Assembly: GCA_965215885.1 (NCBI GenBank)
Contig: CBDCEW010000071.1
Location: 1-44,979 of the forward strand
Source: Candidatus Moanibacter sp.
GTDB lineage: Bacteria > Verrucomicrobiota > Verrucomicrobiia > Opitutales > UBA2987
Reading direction: 5' to 3'
Length of the DNA: 44,979 nucleotides
The notes under the pieces are model-generated. The model was given only the letters and a program-made list of their open reading frames with translations, had not been told where the DNA came from and made no database searches. Below, piece by piece: positions 11,980 through 22,114 of this stretch; the stretch's first letter is position 1; each line of letters begins with the position of its first letter. The translations under genes and the position numbers were made by a program.

Positions 11980-12429
11980 GAATCTGTCGGACCCTGAATC
12001 CCTTAGCGCAATGTTACCTCTTCCTTTCGGAATTGGAATCTTGTCAATGTTCAATCATGTCTTTAACCCGCTTTTCTCACGAATTTCGAAGAGCCGTCTT
12101 GCCTGGATCGCGGCTGCCGGCAGTCTACACCTCTTATACAATGAGGAAAAGCGGGCTTGTGCAAAACCGCCAGAAGAGGTTAAATATTTTCAATTGGAAT
12201 AACAGCCTCTTCCTTTTAGAGGGTTCAGAATTTGAGTTCTCAGCTTCATAACAAGCTAAATCTCAGTCTCTTCCATTGCAGTTTTGCCGTTGAGCCTGAA
12301 ATCTTATAAGATTTCAGAGTTAGTGCCGTCGAAGTCCATCGATAGGGGAAAACCCAAGCTACCTGTGTCCGAAACAGAGTTCGAAGTGAACGGAAGTCCG
12401 GCACCGAAATACATCGCTTCGGAGAGACA

Positions 12430-13905
12430 ATGAATTATTCGATTATCTCCCGCCTACTGGGCATAATCCTCTGCACGGAAGGCTTGGCCTTTCTCTTGAG
12501 CCTCTCCGTGGGTCTTGCCTTTGGCTCCTCCAGCACCGAAGAAGGGGCAATCGAGGGATTTGGAATCTGTGCAATGCTCAGCTTTGGGGCTGGCGCAGCT
12601 TTGATCTTCCTCGGAGGTAGCGCGACGACCAGGATTTTTCGGCGGGAAGCTCTCTGTGTCATCGGTCTTGGCTGGGTCATTACGAGCCTTTTCGGCGCCC
12701 TCCCCTATCTTACCATCCTTCCCAACTGTAGCATTGCCGATGCCATTTTCGAATCGACCTCCGGAATTACCACGACCGGCGCGTCTATTCTAGCGGTCCC
12801 GGAGCGACTTCCCCACAGTCTGCTATTCTGGCGGGCTATCAGCCAGTGGATTGGCGGTCTAGGCATCCTCGTATTCTTCGTGGCGATTCTCGGTTTTATG
12901 GGCGTCGGCGCTAAGATACTTTTTTCCGGCGAATCATCTGCCCAGGCAGCGGATCTCGAAACGGCGCGCATTCAGACCGGAGTGAAGCGAATCGTGGTCA
13001 TCTATCTGATCTTCTCCACTCTCTGCGTCTACGCCTACCGGGTCTCCGGCATGACGACTTTCGATGCGTTCTGTCATATGTTTACGACCGTGTCCACAGC
13101 AGGATTCAGTACGCACTCAGAGAGCATGGCATTCTTTCGAAGCCCACTCATCGAATGGATCTGTGTCATCTTCATGCTCTTGTGCGGGACGAATTTCTAC
13201 CTTTTCCTTCTTCTTATTAGGGGGGCATTTAAAGAAGCCGCAAAGAACAGCGAGTGCAGAACTTACTATATGATCATGCTCTGCGGCACACTGCTGCTCG
13301 TGGTAAACCTCCTTCAACGAGGCGAATTTGAGAGCCTGCACGATACCGTCCGGGCAGCCACCTTCCAATTCGCTACCATACTCACTACCACTGGATACAC
13401 GACATGCGATTTCGACGCCTGGGGGTCCATGGTTACAACGGTACTGCTGGCGACCATGGTGATCGGCGGATGTGCCGGTTCGACAGCCGGAGGTATAAAA
13501 GTAGTGCGGTTCATTGTCGGACTTAAGACGTGCATCATCAACATCGAGCATTCGTTTCGAACTCAAGTCGTGCGACCGTTGAAGCTCGACGGAGCGTCTC
13601 TCAATCCGGACAGGCGTGAACCTGTTGTTCGTTACTTGCTCTTGATCGCTCCGATCACCCTGTTCAGCGCGCTCGTCGTCGCTATCCTTGAACCCAACAT
13701 GAGCTTCAAGGGAAACCTTTCCGCGATGTTTGCCTGTCTCTTTAACATCGGACCCGGATTCGGTGAAGTCGGGCCGACCCATACCTACGCCCCCCTACAC
13801 GACTATACTAAAAACTTCCTCTCCCTTCTCATGCTCATGGGCCGCTTGGAACTCTACGCCATTCTTGTTCTCTTCATGCCCTCATTTTGGCGCAGCGCCT
13901 CCTAG
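12430..13905 (+). CDS. trkH: TrkH family potassium uptake permease
   Basis: FESTSGITTTGAS, QWIGGLG, STAGFS, TTTGY, GSTAGGIK, NIGPG, GRLE. Confidence 0.95.
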   Translation: MNYSIISRLLGIILCTEGLAFLLSLSVGLAFGSSSTEEGAIEGFGICAMLSFGAGAALIFLGGSATTRIFRREALCVIGLGWVITSLFGALPYLTILPNCSIADAIFESTSGITTTGASILAVPERLPHSLLFWRAISQWIGGLGILVFFVAILGFMGVGAKILFSGESSAQAADLETARIQTGVKRIVVIYLIFSTLCVYAYRVSGMTTFDAFCHMFTTVSTAGFSTHSESMAFFRSPLIEWICVIFMLLCGTNFYLFLLLIRGAFKEAAKNSECRTYYMIMLCGTLLLVVNLLQRGEFESLHDTVRAATFQFATILTTTGYTTCDFDAWGSMVTTVLLATMVIGGCAGSTAGGIKVVRFIVGLKTCIINIEHSFRTQVVRPLKLDGASLNPDRREPVVRYLLLIAPITLFSALVVAILEPNMSFKGNLSAMFACLFNIGPGFGEVGPTHTYAPLHDYTKNFLSLLMLMGRLELYAILVLFMPSFWRSAS

Positions 13906-14087
13906 CCCGGACATTTCACACACTTCGTAGCGAGATCCCGGCGTGCCGGGACTGCGTGTCAATGCCTTTCCGCAGCACGGCGGGCGACAGTATGTTGACA
14001 CCCTCTGAGGTCGCCGGGCAAGGGAAGGCATTGACAGGCGGTGTGATCCGTCGTAGTAGTAGAAGGTTTGTGAAATGTTCGAGCTAA
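13902..14087. mobile_element. MITE with 15-bp TIRs
   Basis: CTAG-CCCGGACATTTCACA ... TGTGAAATGTTCGAG-CTAA (13/15 inverted match); internal inverted repeat TGTCAATGCCTT/AAGGCATTGACA. Confidence 0.75.
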
Positions 14088-14091
14088 GCGC

Positions 14092-14122
14092 AAAAAAACC
14101 CGCAGGTTTTCACCTGCGGGTT
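14092..14122 (-). terminator. Intrinsic terminator of hup
   Basis: Hairpin AACCCGCAGGT-N4-ACCTGCGGGTT with a minus-strand T7 tract, about 20 nt after the stop. Confidence 0.9.
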
Positions 14123-14142
14123 CGAGAACGAAGAAATTCGTG

Positions 14143-14418
14143 TTATACAATGGCCTTCAAGGCAGAGCCAGGCTTGAATTTCACAGAATTTGACGCCTGA
14201 ATCTGAATTTTCTCACCCGTGCGCGGGTTAACTCCCATGCGTGCCGCTCGGTGGGAAACTGAAAATGTTCCAAATCCTACGAGTTGCACGGATTGATCGT
14301 TTTTGATCCCACTTTTGATGCCATCGAGAACGGCTTCAACAGCGCGCTCGGCACAAGCTTTTGAGATATCGCCACCAACAGAGTTTTCCACGACAGTCAC
14401 TAATTCGGCCTTGTTCAT
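14143..14418 (-). CDS. hup: HU family DNA-binding protein
   Basis: MNKAELV..VQLVGFGTF..RAARMGVNPRTGEKIQI..KFKPG. Confidence 0.97.
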   Translation of the reverse strand: MNKAELVTVVENSVGGDISKACAERAVEAVLDGIKSGIKNDQSVQLVGFGTFSVSHRAARMGVNPRTGEKIQIQASNSVKFKPGSALKAIV

Positions 14419-14611
14419 TGAGTATCCTTTTTGTGTGGTATGTTCCTATTTAAGAGTTGAAATCGGTCACGGGGAAATATGAATTGGGTAAGGCAATTTC
14501 CGTCAATAAAATAATCAGGAAATCTGGTAATATTCTCATAAAGGACTCGGCGATACTGAAAATCGGAGTTCTGCGATAGCTTAAGAGGTTGTCGACCCAG
14601 TCTGAAACTCC

Positions 14612-15538
14612 TCAACCTTCGATCAGCTTCAGGCAATTCTTACCCCCAGGTCGGAGAGAGAATTTGGCGTTCTGCATCATTGTCTTTTTTTTCAGCAAAG
14701 CATGCCCATGTTGTATCCCACCGACATTGGCAACACTTCTCAGCTGGCCCGCCAGCTCTCCCCCCGAATAAACATCACAAGGAAGCCTTTCCGTGCCTTT
14801 CGAGCCTTCCATCTCCACCAGGCAGAGATTTCTCTGAACCTGCCCGATCGATTGCAAACGAGACATGACCTCTTGGCCCAGATAACAACCCTTGTCAAAA
14901 GATAAGGCATCCTCCTCAAGAAAGCCTTCCTGGGGCAATTCTGTTGGACCGATCTCAACCGGAATCCACGGAATTCGGGAGCGCAACCGTTCCGCATGCA
15001 TCGCCTCACGGGAGGCCCAGCAGCCGCCATCCTTCGCCATAAAATTCTCGACTGAGCGCTCGATCTCGCTCCGGTCTTCTTCGAATGTTATCAGATCAAA
15101 GCTCTCCCATCGCGAGCGCCGTCCCCTCCAGACAATCCGATCCTGGGAAACGGTGAACTGCCCAATATCCGGCTCTTCAATCTCTTCAAATTCGAGAAAG
15201 GTTTCCGCTCCCTCCCCCCACCAGGAGTAAATCACGCTGTCGTCGGTGCGATCTTCCAATATGACATCATCTGCAACCACATTCTGCTCGAGTTTCTCAA
15301 TGATAGGCTCCGCTCCGCAGAAATAGCTGCAAAAAAATCGTCCGCTCCTCTCGCTCTGAAATAGAAAACTGTCCGCCGTTACTCTGCCTTTTCGGTCCAG
15401 CCAAAGGCCGTAGGTGACGGCGTGACTGTGTGGCGTTCGAAGGTCGTTGCTGAACTGACTCTGGACGAATTCCCACGCATCTTCGCCTCCCACACCTACC
15501 AATGCACCCGGTTTTGACTTATAGAAACTTATCGCCAT
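14612..15538 (-). CDS. ygfZ: Folate-binding protein YgfZ
   Basis: SFDKGCYLGQEVMSR signature. Confidence 0.9.
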   Translation of the reverse strand: MAISFYKSKPGALVGVGGEDAWEFVQSQFSNDLRTPHSHAVTYGLWLDRKGRVTADSFLFQSERSGRFFCSYFCGAEPIIEKLEQNVVADDVILEDRTDDSVIYSWWGEGAETFLEFEEIEEPDIGQFTVSQDRIVWRGRRSRWESFDLITFEEDRSEIERSVENFMAKDGGCWASREAMHAERLRSRIPWIPVEIGPTELPQEGFLEEDALSFDKGCYLGQEVMSRLQSIGQVQRNLCLVEMEGSKGTERLPCDVYSGGELAGQLRSVANVGGIQHGHALLKKKTMMQNAKFSLRPGGKNCLKLIEG

Positions 15539-15661
15539 CAGAAACCTGATGAGAGAATTGCGAACTTATTGCAACTTAATGCAAAGAAATATCGACTTTC
15601 CCTAAATCAATATTCCATTCTTCCAGCACTCCATTTTTTTCAACTGTCCAGAACTGACTCC

Positions 15662-16729
15662 ATGCGCCAGGTATCCGACATTAACATCGTTGACAACGCA
15701 GTCTTGCCGGCACCGGAATACCTTGGCCGGAGAGTATTGCGCAGTGATAAACAAGCCGAATTTGTCGCGACCGCGCGCCAGCACATTCAAGACATCATTT
15801 TCGGTACGGATAGGCGGTTGCTCCTAATTGTGGGTCCCTGTTCTATCCATGATATCGAGTCGGGGCGCGAATACGCCGAGAAGTTGGCCGATCTCTCCAG
15901 AAAGGTGGAGGAGCGCCTCTATCTGGTAATGCGTGTTTACTTTGAAAAGCCGCGAACGACGGTCGGGTGGAAAGGCCTGGTGATGGACCCGCACCTCGAC
16001 GGAAGTTACGACATTCCAGCGGGGCTCGAAATTGCCCGGCGTTTTCTTCTCGATGTCATCGACTTCAAACTGCCCACCGCAACCGAACTGCTGGATCCAA
16101 TTACGCCACAATATATCGCGGATCTTATCTGCTGGTCGGCCATCGGAGCGCGAACTTCCGAATCTCAGACACACCGCCAGATGGCTTCGGGGCTGTCAAT
16201 GCCGCTCGGCATCAAAAATGCCACATCCGGCAGTATTCAGACCGCTATCAACGCCATCAAGGCGGCCATCCAACCGCAGACGTTCCTAGGGGTCAGCCTG
16301 CAGGGTCTTGCCTCGGCCGTCACCACCCGTGGCAATCCTAACTGCCACATCATATTGCGAGGCGGTGATACCGGGCCGAATTACTCATCTGAAGATGTCG
16401 AATCGACTGCCAATTGTTTGAAACAGGAAGGGCTCCCGCCGAGGATTATGATCGATTGCAGCCATGCCAACAGCGGCAAGGACTATCGGAAACAGCCGGA
16501 GGTATTCCGGTGTATCCTGCAACAGGTGACAAGCGGAAGCGAGGAGGTATTTGGAGCCATGCTGGAAAGTAACTTGAATGCGGGTAGCCAGTCCTTTCCC
16601 CAGCCAAAGGAAAATCTTACCTACGGACAATCGATTACGGACAGTTGTATTGACTGGGAAGCGACCGAATCGCTTATTCTGGAAGCATTTCACTCTCTCC
16701 AACAACAATCTCTTGGAGCTACCGTATGA
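15662..16729 (+). CDS. Class I-alpha DAHP synthase (AroF/G/H type)
   Basis: [48 protein letters not shown] at 15662 preferred. Confidence 0.95.
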   Translation: MRQVSDINIVDNAVLPAPEYLGRRVLRSDKQAEFVATARQHIQDIIFGTDRRLLLIVGPCSIHDIESGREYAEKLADLSRKVEERLYLVMRVYFEKPRTTVGWKGLVMDPHLDGSYDIPAGLEIARRFLLDVIDFKLPTATELLDPITPQYIADLICWSAIGARTSESQTHRQMASGLSMPLGIKNATSGSIQTAINAIKAAIQPQTFLGVSLQGLASAVTTRGNPNCHIILRGGDTGPNYSSEDVESTANCLKQEGLPPRIMIDCSHANSGKDYRKQPEVFRCILQQVTSGSEEVFGAMLESNLNAGSQSFPQPKENLTYGQSITDSCIDWEATESLILEAFHSLQQQSLGATV

Positions 16730-17706
16730 AAAAACCTATTAGAATTGCAGTAACGGGCGCTGCCGGACAGATCGGATACGCCATCCTCTTTCGAATCGCT
16801 TCCGGTGCACTTTTCGGTCGCGATCAGCCCGTTTGTTTGAATCTCATTGAAATTCCGCCTGCCCTCGACGCCCTCGGTGGCGTCGTTATGGAACTTCATG
16901 ACTGCGCCTTTCCCCTGCTTAGGGAAATCGTCGCCACAACCGATCTCGCCGAAGGCTTCAAAGACGTGAATTGGGCGCTCCTGGTCGGCAGTGTTCCCCG
17001 TAAAGCAGGTATGGAACGTGGAGACCTCTTGAGTATTAACGGGAAGATTTTCGTCGGCCAGGGCCAGGCAATTGAAAAGAATGCTGCTGCCGATGTGCGT
17101 ATTCTAGTGGTGGGAAATCCCTGTAATACAAACTGCCTCATCGCCATGAACAACGCCAAAGGTATTCCCGCCGACCGTTGGTTCGCCATGACCCGTCTCG
17201 ACGAAAATCGGGCCAAATCGCAGCTCGCCATTAGAGCGAACGTCGATGTCATCAATGTAACAAACACTACCATATGGGGTAATCACTCGGCTACCCAGTA
17301 CCCGGACTTTTACAATGCCAGGATCAATGGAGTCTCAGCCGCTCAGGTCATCGACGATGAAGATTGGCTCAAGAATGATTTCATCGCTACTGTGCAACAG
17401 CGTGGCGCCGCCATTATCAAGGCACGCGGCCTCTCCTCCTCCGCTTCCGCCGCCAATGCAGCTATCGATACCGTCCGGTCCTTGACGGAACCGACTGCCG
17501 AAGGCGATTGGAACAGCGTAGCCGTCTTTTCCGACGGAAGCTATGCCACTCGGGAAGGTCTCATCACCTCCTTTCCCATTCGCAGCAACGGTCAGGAGTG
17601 CGAGATCGTCCAGGGCCTGCCCATCAACGACTTCAGCCGTGAAAAAATCGACGCATCCATAGCCGAATTGGCAGAAGAGCGTTCATTGGTCAGCGATATG
17701 CTTTAA
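16726..17706 (+). CDS. mdh: Malate dehydrogenase
   Basis: [38 protein letters not shown]. Confidence 0.97.
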   Translation: MKKPIRIAVTGAAGQIGYAILFRIASGALFGRDQPVCLNLIEIPPALDALGGVVMELHDCAFPLLREIVATTDLAEGFKDVNWALLVGSVPRKAGMERGDLLSINGKIFVGQGQAIEKNAAADVRILVVGNPCNTNCLIAMNNAKGIPADRWFAMTRLDENRAKSQLAIRANVDVINVTNTTIWGNHSATQYPDFYNARINGVSAAQVIDDEDWLKNDFIATVQQRGAAIIKARGLSSSASAANAAIDTVRSLTEPTAEGDWNSVAVFSDGSYATREGLITSFPIRSNGQECEIVQGLPINDFSREKIDASIAELAEERSLVSDML

Positions 17707-17806
17707 CCCCCCACCCCTTTTATCCTCACTTATCTTTTCCGACCCACAGTCTCAAAACCCAAAATTTCGCTTGCCTTCATTTTACATTTTTGTTAAATAT
17801 ATAATA

Positions 17807-18220
17807 ATGAAATATCCATATTTAGAGAAATATGAGGAGCAGGATTGTGTTCTAGCCCTCTTTGCGAAAGCGTTCAGTCATCCGGTGAGAGTGCGGATAC
17901 TACGGAGTCTATATGAAAAGGGGCCGACCCGATGCGGAGACATTGTGGACCAGTTTCCCCTAACGTTTGCAGCAATATCTCGGCATCTCAAGATCTTGCG
18001 CGGAGCGAGAATGATCAGAGGCGAGGCAGAGGGGATATTCATCCGCTATCGGATCGAACCGTCGCTACGCAAACTGTTTGCTAAGCAGCTCAAAGAAATT
18101 CGTGGACGTAAAATACACACTGAAGAGCTCAAAGAGACTTCGCTTGAGATTCTGACTGACGCACTGGCCGCAATCCTGGAGTTTCCTTCCGACATGCAAA
18201 GCTATCCGAGAAATATATAG
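17807..18220 (+). CDS. ArsR/SmtB family regulator
   Basis: AKAFSHPVRVRIL..CGDIV..ISRHLKIL. Confidence 0.85.
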   Translation: MKYPYLEKYEEQDCVLALFAKAFSHPVRVRILRSLYEKGPTRCGDIVDQFPLTFAAISRHLKILRGARMIRGEAEGIFIRYRIEPSLRKLFAKQLKEIRGRKIHTEELKETSLEILTDALAAILEFPSDMQSYPRNI

Positions 18221-18337
18221 GGAGGCCTCCAGTGCCTTCTATTACTTCGTTTGGAATGAAAACTCCTGGTCCGGTTATGCCAAGATGGAGAATTTCCGCG
18301 TTCAAAGGGTAAGACGCTTCAAAAGTCTCCCTATTTC

Positions 18338-18367
18338 TGAATCCAAAAGATGCATCTATCACGTCAA
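18338..18367 (+). promoter_or_regulatory. Candidate ECF-sigma promoter of the DUF6249-sigma operon
   Basis: TGAATCC-N17-CGTCAA. An alternative GAAC..CGTC pair lies at 18421-18443. Confidence 0.4.
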
Positions 18368-18449
18368 ACCTGCTATAAAGTGATCAATCGCAATCGTTTG
18401 TCTTTACAATCCGAGAATATGAACTCTCAAACATAGATCCGTCGAACAA

Positions 18450-19091
18450 ATGAGAACCTCGCTCGCGTGGATAATACTTCCAGCCTTACTTGGCGTCATT
18501 CCTCTGCAATCTCAGGATGAAGCTCCTGCCGCGGGACATTCTTCGCAGCAACAGACCGAGACAGCTGAGGCGAGTGAAAGCGACATCAGCATAGCCGCCG
18601 AAATCAACGGGGAAGATAAAGAATATGAATTGCTTAGGCGGCTCAATCCGGATCATCTCCACGAATTCCTTATCGAACGCGAAAGGCTGCACTTGGAGAA
18701 TCCCCATGTCGACTGGAACGGTATTCTGGGAATAATCGCAGTTTTCAGCATGCCCATCATTATCGTCGCGCTCGTTGCATTTTTCTCGTTCAGGCAGAAG
18801 CAGGTCCTTCACGGCACCCTCTCCAAGATGGTCGAGAAGGGTATGGAGATTCCACCGCAGCTTCTCGAGCCGAAGAAAAAGACCAGAGGGAGGCGCCCCA
18901 ATGCCGACCTCAGGTACGGAATCATTCTCTGTGCGATTGGATTCGGAGTAATACTTGTCTTTATGGTTAATCAGAAAGAAGGATGGAGTTTGGGTCTCAT
19001 CCCGCTCTTTATCGGTGTGGCTTATCTCCTCCTCTGGAAACTCGAAGGAAAACCGCGACCGGCTACCGAAGAGAAAGGACTTCCGGACTAG
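18450..19091 (+). CDS. DUF6249-like membrane protein
   Basis: Signal peptide; MPIIIVALV..LHGTLSKMVEKGMEIPPQLL..DLRYGIIL..GLIPLFIG; ECF sigma context. Confidence 0.75.
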   Translation: MRTSLAWIILPALLGVIPLQSQDEAPAAGHSSQQQTETAEASESDISIAAEINGEDKEYELLRRLNPDHLHEFLIERERLHLENPHVDWNGILGIIAVFSMPIIIVALVAFFSFRQKQVLHGTLSKMVEKGMEIPPQLLEPKKKTRGRRPNADLRYGIILCAIGFGVILVFMVNQKEGWSLGLIPLFIGVAYLLLWKLEGKPRPATEEKGLPD

Positions 19092-19128
19092 TAGAAAAAC
19101 CGCCCGTAACTAAGAGTCCGACAGATAC

Positions 19129-21027
19129 CTAGTCCTAAAATAAGCGCGTTTAAAGGTTGAACAGGAAACTTCGTTATTCCTAACGTTATTTGCCATGCTG
19201 GCGGTAGTTTTGCCGCCGCCACCCTTGGGCTGGTTTCATGTTTTGCTTTTTTTGAGTCATATCCGTTCTGTTTTAACGTTAGTTCTGTCCCCTTTTTGGG
19301 ATACGCCGACAGTCCTTCCGTTGTGGCTGTGCGTTCGCGGTTACTTGATCTGCTACCCAGGCGACATAGATCGGAATCGCTCCCAGGTGCTGATAAAATC
19401 TCCCATCCACTCGTTCCAGCTTAAAAGCCGATAAACAATTCGGCGCCCGCTTCGGATGATTTGCGCGGGGAGCAAGATGATGGCGTGAAGGAAGCGCCGA
19501 AACTCCATCTTCACGATCTCCAACCCCCGCTGGCGGTTGGGCATGAGTAATCCATACCACGCCTTCAGGTTCCAGGCCAATGCTGTCATTACCATATAGG
19601 CCCAATTGCTCAAAAGATCATCCACGGGCATACGCATCGCATTAACCCCGTTTTTGAGTTGCTCAATAACGTTCTCCTGATCGCAGCGTTGATTCGCAAA
19701 GGCGACCACCTGCTCCTTAGTCAGGTCCCTACGATTTGTGATATAAAAAAAGTAGCGGATCTCATCAAAGAGCACTACTTCGCCCTTTTGCACACTGATG
19801 TTCTTACGCACCACCACCATCCGATAGGTCTTTTTGCACTTGTTGGGCCGATAGTCCAACTCGGCCACACTTTCTGCCTCCAGCACCTTGTTTTCAAAAC
19901 CCTTCTGGTGCACGATCCCTTCCTTCACTCGCGGCGCTTTAGCTCTCGATTCGGTCGCTATTTCATGCTTGGGCAACCGCTCCAGTTCGCTCCAGGCCGT
20001 CTCTCTGAACTCCTCGGCCAGTCCCACCACTTTGGGATGCGCATCCATTCCGAAGATAAATCCCGTTCCTTCTTCATCCCACCGATCGAAGTTTTCTGTC
20101 AACGAAAAGTCCGTATCCCCTCGCAAGCAGATTTTCCCCGCATGCGCACGCACAAGTTCCACCGCCCGATCAATCCACTTTACGCATCCCTCATGGCTAG
20201 TCTCATTGCCCGGTCGATTCACCATGTAGAGCACTTCCCAAAGGGTATTTGCCAAACTCACGATCAGCGGTGCATAGCCCCAGATCCCCTTAGTTCATCG
20301 ACCTATAGCTTATTCCCATACCCCCTTTGCACTTCCCTCTCGTCTGCGCTATCGTCCCGTCCACATCGATGAACGCCTCCTCCATGATGGATCCTTTTGC
20401 CTGCTTGTTCCACACCCCTTGCCGTATCCGGTTGATCCCTTCCATCAATTTTTCGATCGCGCCTTCATCAAAGCGTCGGGTGAAGTCTCCACTGGTCGTC
20501 GGATCCGGTATCCTCTGCGCTCCTAAGGCATTCAGAAAAACCTCGTCCTTGCGGCGCAATTCGATGTCTTCGAGCCGGATCCCTCCCAATAATGCGTTGT
20601 CGGCTATGTTGAGCACATGATCACTCTCATGATACGGCAGGTGGCGCTTGAGCAACTGCACGCTCTGGTCGAGCTCTTCCACTCAACCCCAGTCTCTTCA
20701 CCATCAGGTGAATCGCTCCTATCCCTCCACAACTCACCCCTTTGCCTCGTTCGGCCGTCTCGTAGTGGATGTTGCTCGCTTTGAACATCGGTTTGGCCTG
20801 TTCAGGCCATGGTAACGATTTGCCGGTTCCACAGCCCCGATTTCTAAGCCGATGCTTTATTCTTCTCTTGCTATTGTGGAGGTTCTTGCGGTATCTTCTT
20901 TTCACTCGAAACGTCCTTTTTTTCTGGGTGGTTTTTTTGGTCGATTAACAGTTTTCCCAGTATCTAAGCGCGTTTCGAGCTTTTTATTGCGTTAGGTATA
21001 TTCCAATCACACTTGTTCGAGGCCTAG
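19129..21027 (-). mobile_element. IS1380-family insertion sequence (degenerate)
   Basis: CTAG at both ends (19129-19132, 21024-21027). Imperfect inverted repeats CTAGTCCTAAAATAAGCGCG and CTAGGCCTCGAACAAGTGTG (14/20). Transposase fragments inside. Confidence 0.85.
19353..20905 (-). pseudogene. IS1380 transposase, broken twice
   Basis: HLPYHESDHVL, IPDPTTSGDFTRRF, IDVDGT, RGDTDF, ENVIEQLK, NWAYM spread over three ORF segments; 1-nt insertion at about 20683 and 13-nt insertion at about 20291-20303. Confidence 0.88.
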
Positions 21028-21566
21028 TGTCCTTTTCGGATGCAGATCTCATCGCACGTGTTCTACTCAACGATGATCGCAATGCCTTTGGGGAACTCGT
21101 CCGTCGTCACCAATCAAATGTACGGGGAATGCTGCGAAAACTCTGCGCGGGAGACTATGCTCTGGCAGATGATCTCTCGCAGGACACCTTCATCCGTGCC
21201 TATCAATCGCTCGCCAAATTTCGAGGGGCAGCCAGATTTTCGACCTGGCTCTATCGAATCGCTTACAACCAGTTTCTGAGCCATGCGCGGCGAAAACGCG
21301 AGTTTACCAGCCTCGAAAAGAGTCCCATTGAGGAGAGTGAACCCTCGGGCATCGAGCATATCCAACTTAAACAGGATCTTGATTCGGCCATGAAGCATTT
21401 GACAATCGGTGAGCGAGCTGCCATCAATCTGTGCTACCAGAAAGGGCTATCACACGGTGAAGCGGCAAAGGTCCTCAGTACTCCGGTTGGAACCGTGAAG
21501 ACGAATATCCTCCGAGGAAAGGGAAAGCTGAAAAAATACCTTCAACCCTGGTCAAAAGGAAACTGA
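21027..21566 (+). CDS. ECF family RNA polymerase sigma factor
   Basis: AFGELVRRHQ, ADDLSQDTF, FSTWLYRIAYN, GTVKTNILRG. Confidence 0.93.
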   Translation: MSFSDADLIARVLLNDDRNAFGELVRRHQSNVRGMLRKLCAGDYALADDLSQDTFIRAYQSLAKFRGAARFSTWLYRIAYNQFLSHARRKREFTSLEKSPIEESEPSGIEHIQLKQDLDSAMKHLTIGERAAINLCYQKGLSHGEAAKVLSTPVGTVKTNILRGKGKLKKYLQPWSKGN

Positions 21567-21567
21567 G

Positions 21568-21897
21568 ATGGGTCTGCAAGAAGAGAGGGATTGGCTCGAG
21601 AAGCTCCTCCACAAGGAGGAACCTTATATCAATGACGAAGGGTTTACAGGCCGCGTGCTGCAAAGTCTGCCTCCTCCAGATACCCAGAAAGCATGGCTCA
21701 AACCCACCTTGCTCGTTACGGCTACGGCGTGCTCTTCACTCCTGGCCGCGATTCTGTTGCCTTCTGGAAGTGTTCTCGTGCAAAACATCGCAAAATGGGT
21801 GAGCTTCAACATCAGCATTCCAGGCATCCTCATACCAGCCGCCGTGGTAATGGCGCTCACCGGTATATCGTGGATTATTGCCACGAGCGAGATCTAG
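21568..21897 (+). CDS. Putative membrane anti-sigma factor
   Basis: Immediately follows the sigma gene; YINDEGFTGRVLQSLP then two TM helices. Confidence 0.7.
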   Translation: MGLQEERDWLEKLLHKEEPYINDEGFTGRVLQSLPPPDTQKAWLKPTLLVTATACSSLLAAILLPSGSVLVQNIAKWVSFNISIPGILIPAAVVMALTGISWIIATSEI

Positions 21898-22062
21898 CAG
21901 CCTGTCGGACTTTTTGCCTCTTTCGAGAGATCTACTCGGTTTCATTCCCATCCCGGATTGGCGGGACTAGAAAGGAATCTGTCGGTCTGATCTGAGTCAA
22001 AATGTCGATCAGGCGCTCCCGGCGTGCCGGGATTAGGAATTCTAAGTCCGACAGATTCCTAG
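21894..22062. mobile_element. Composite MITE of the CTGTCGGACTT TIR family
   Basis: CTAG-CAGCCTGTCGGACTT at 21894-21912, AGGAATCTGTCGGT at 21973-21986, AAGTCCGACAGATTC-CTAG at 22044-22062. Contains the hairpin TCCCGGCGTGCCGGGA (22017-22032), which also occurs at 13936-13951. Confidence 0.8.
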
Positions 22063-22114
22063 ACGGGAATGGAATAGACTGAGGTAGCCGGATGCGAGAA
22101 GGCTTTGATACGCG

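Noticed and set aside
11990..12430. c-di-AMP (ydaO) riboswitch upstream of trkH
   Set aside because: Only an isolated CTGAATCC next to a MITE end; the other conserved blocks were not found
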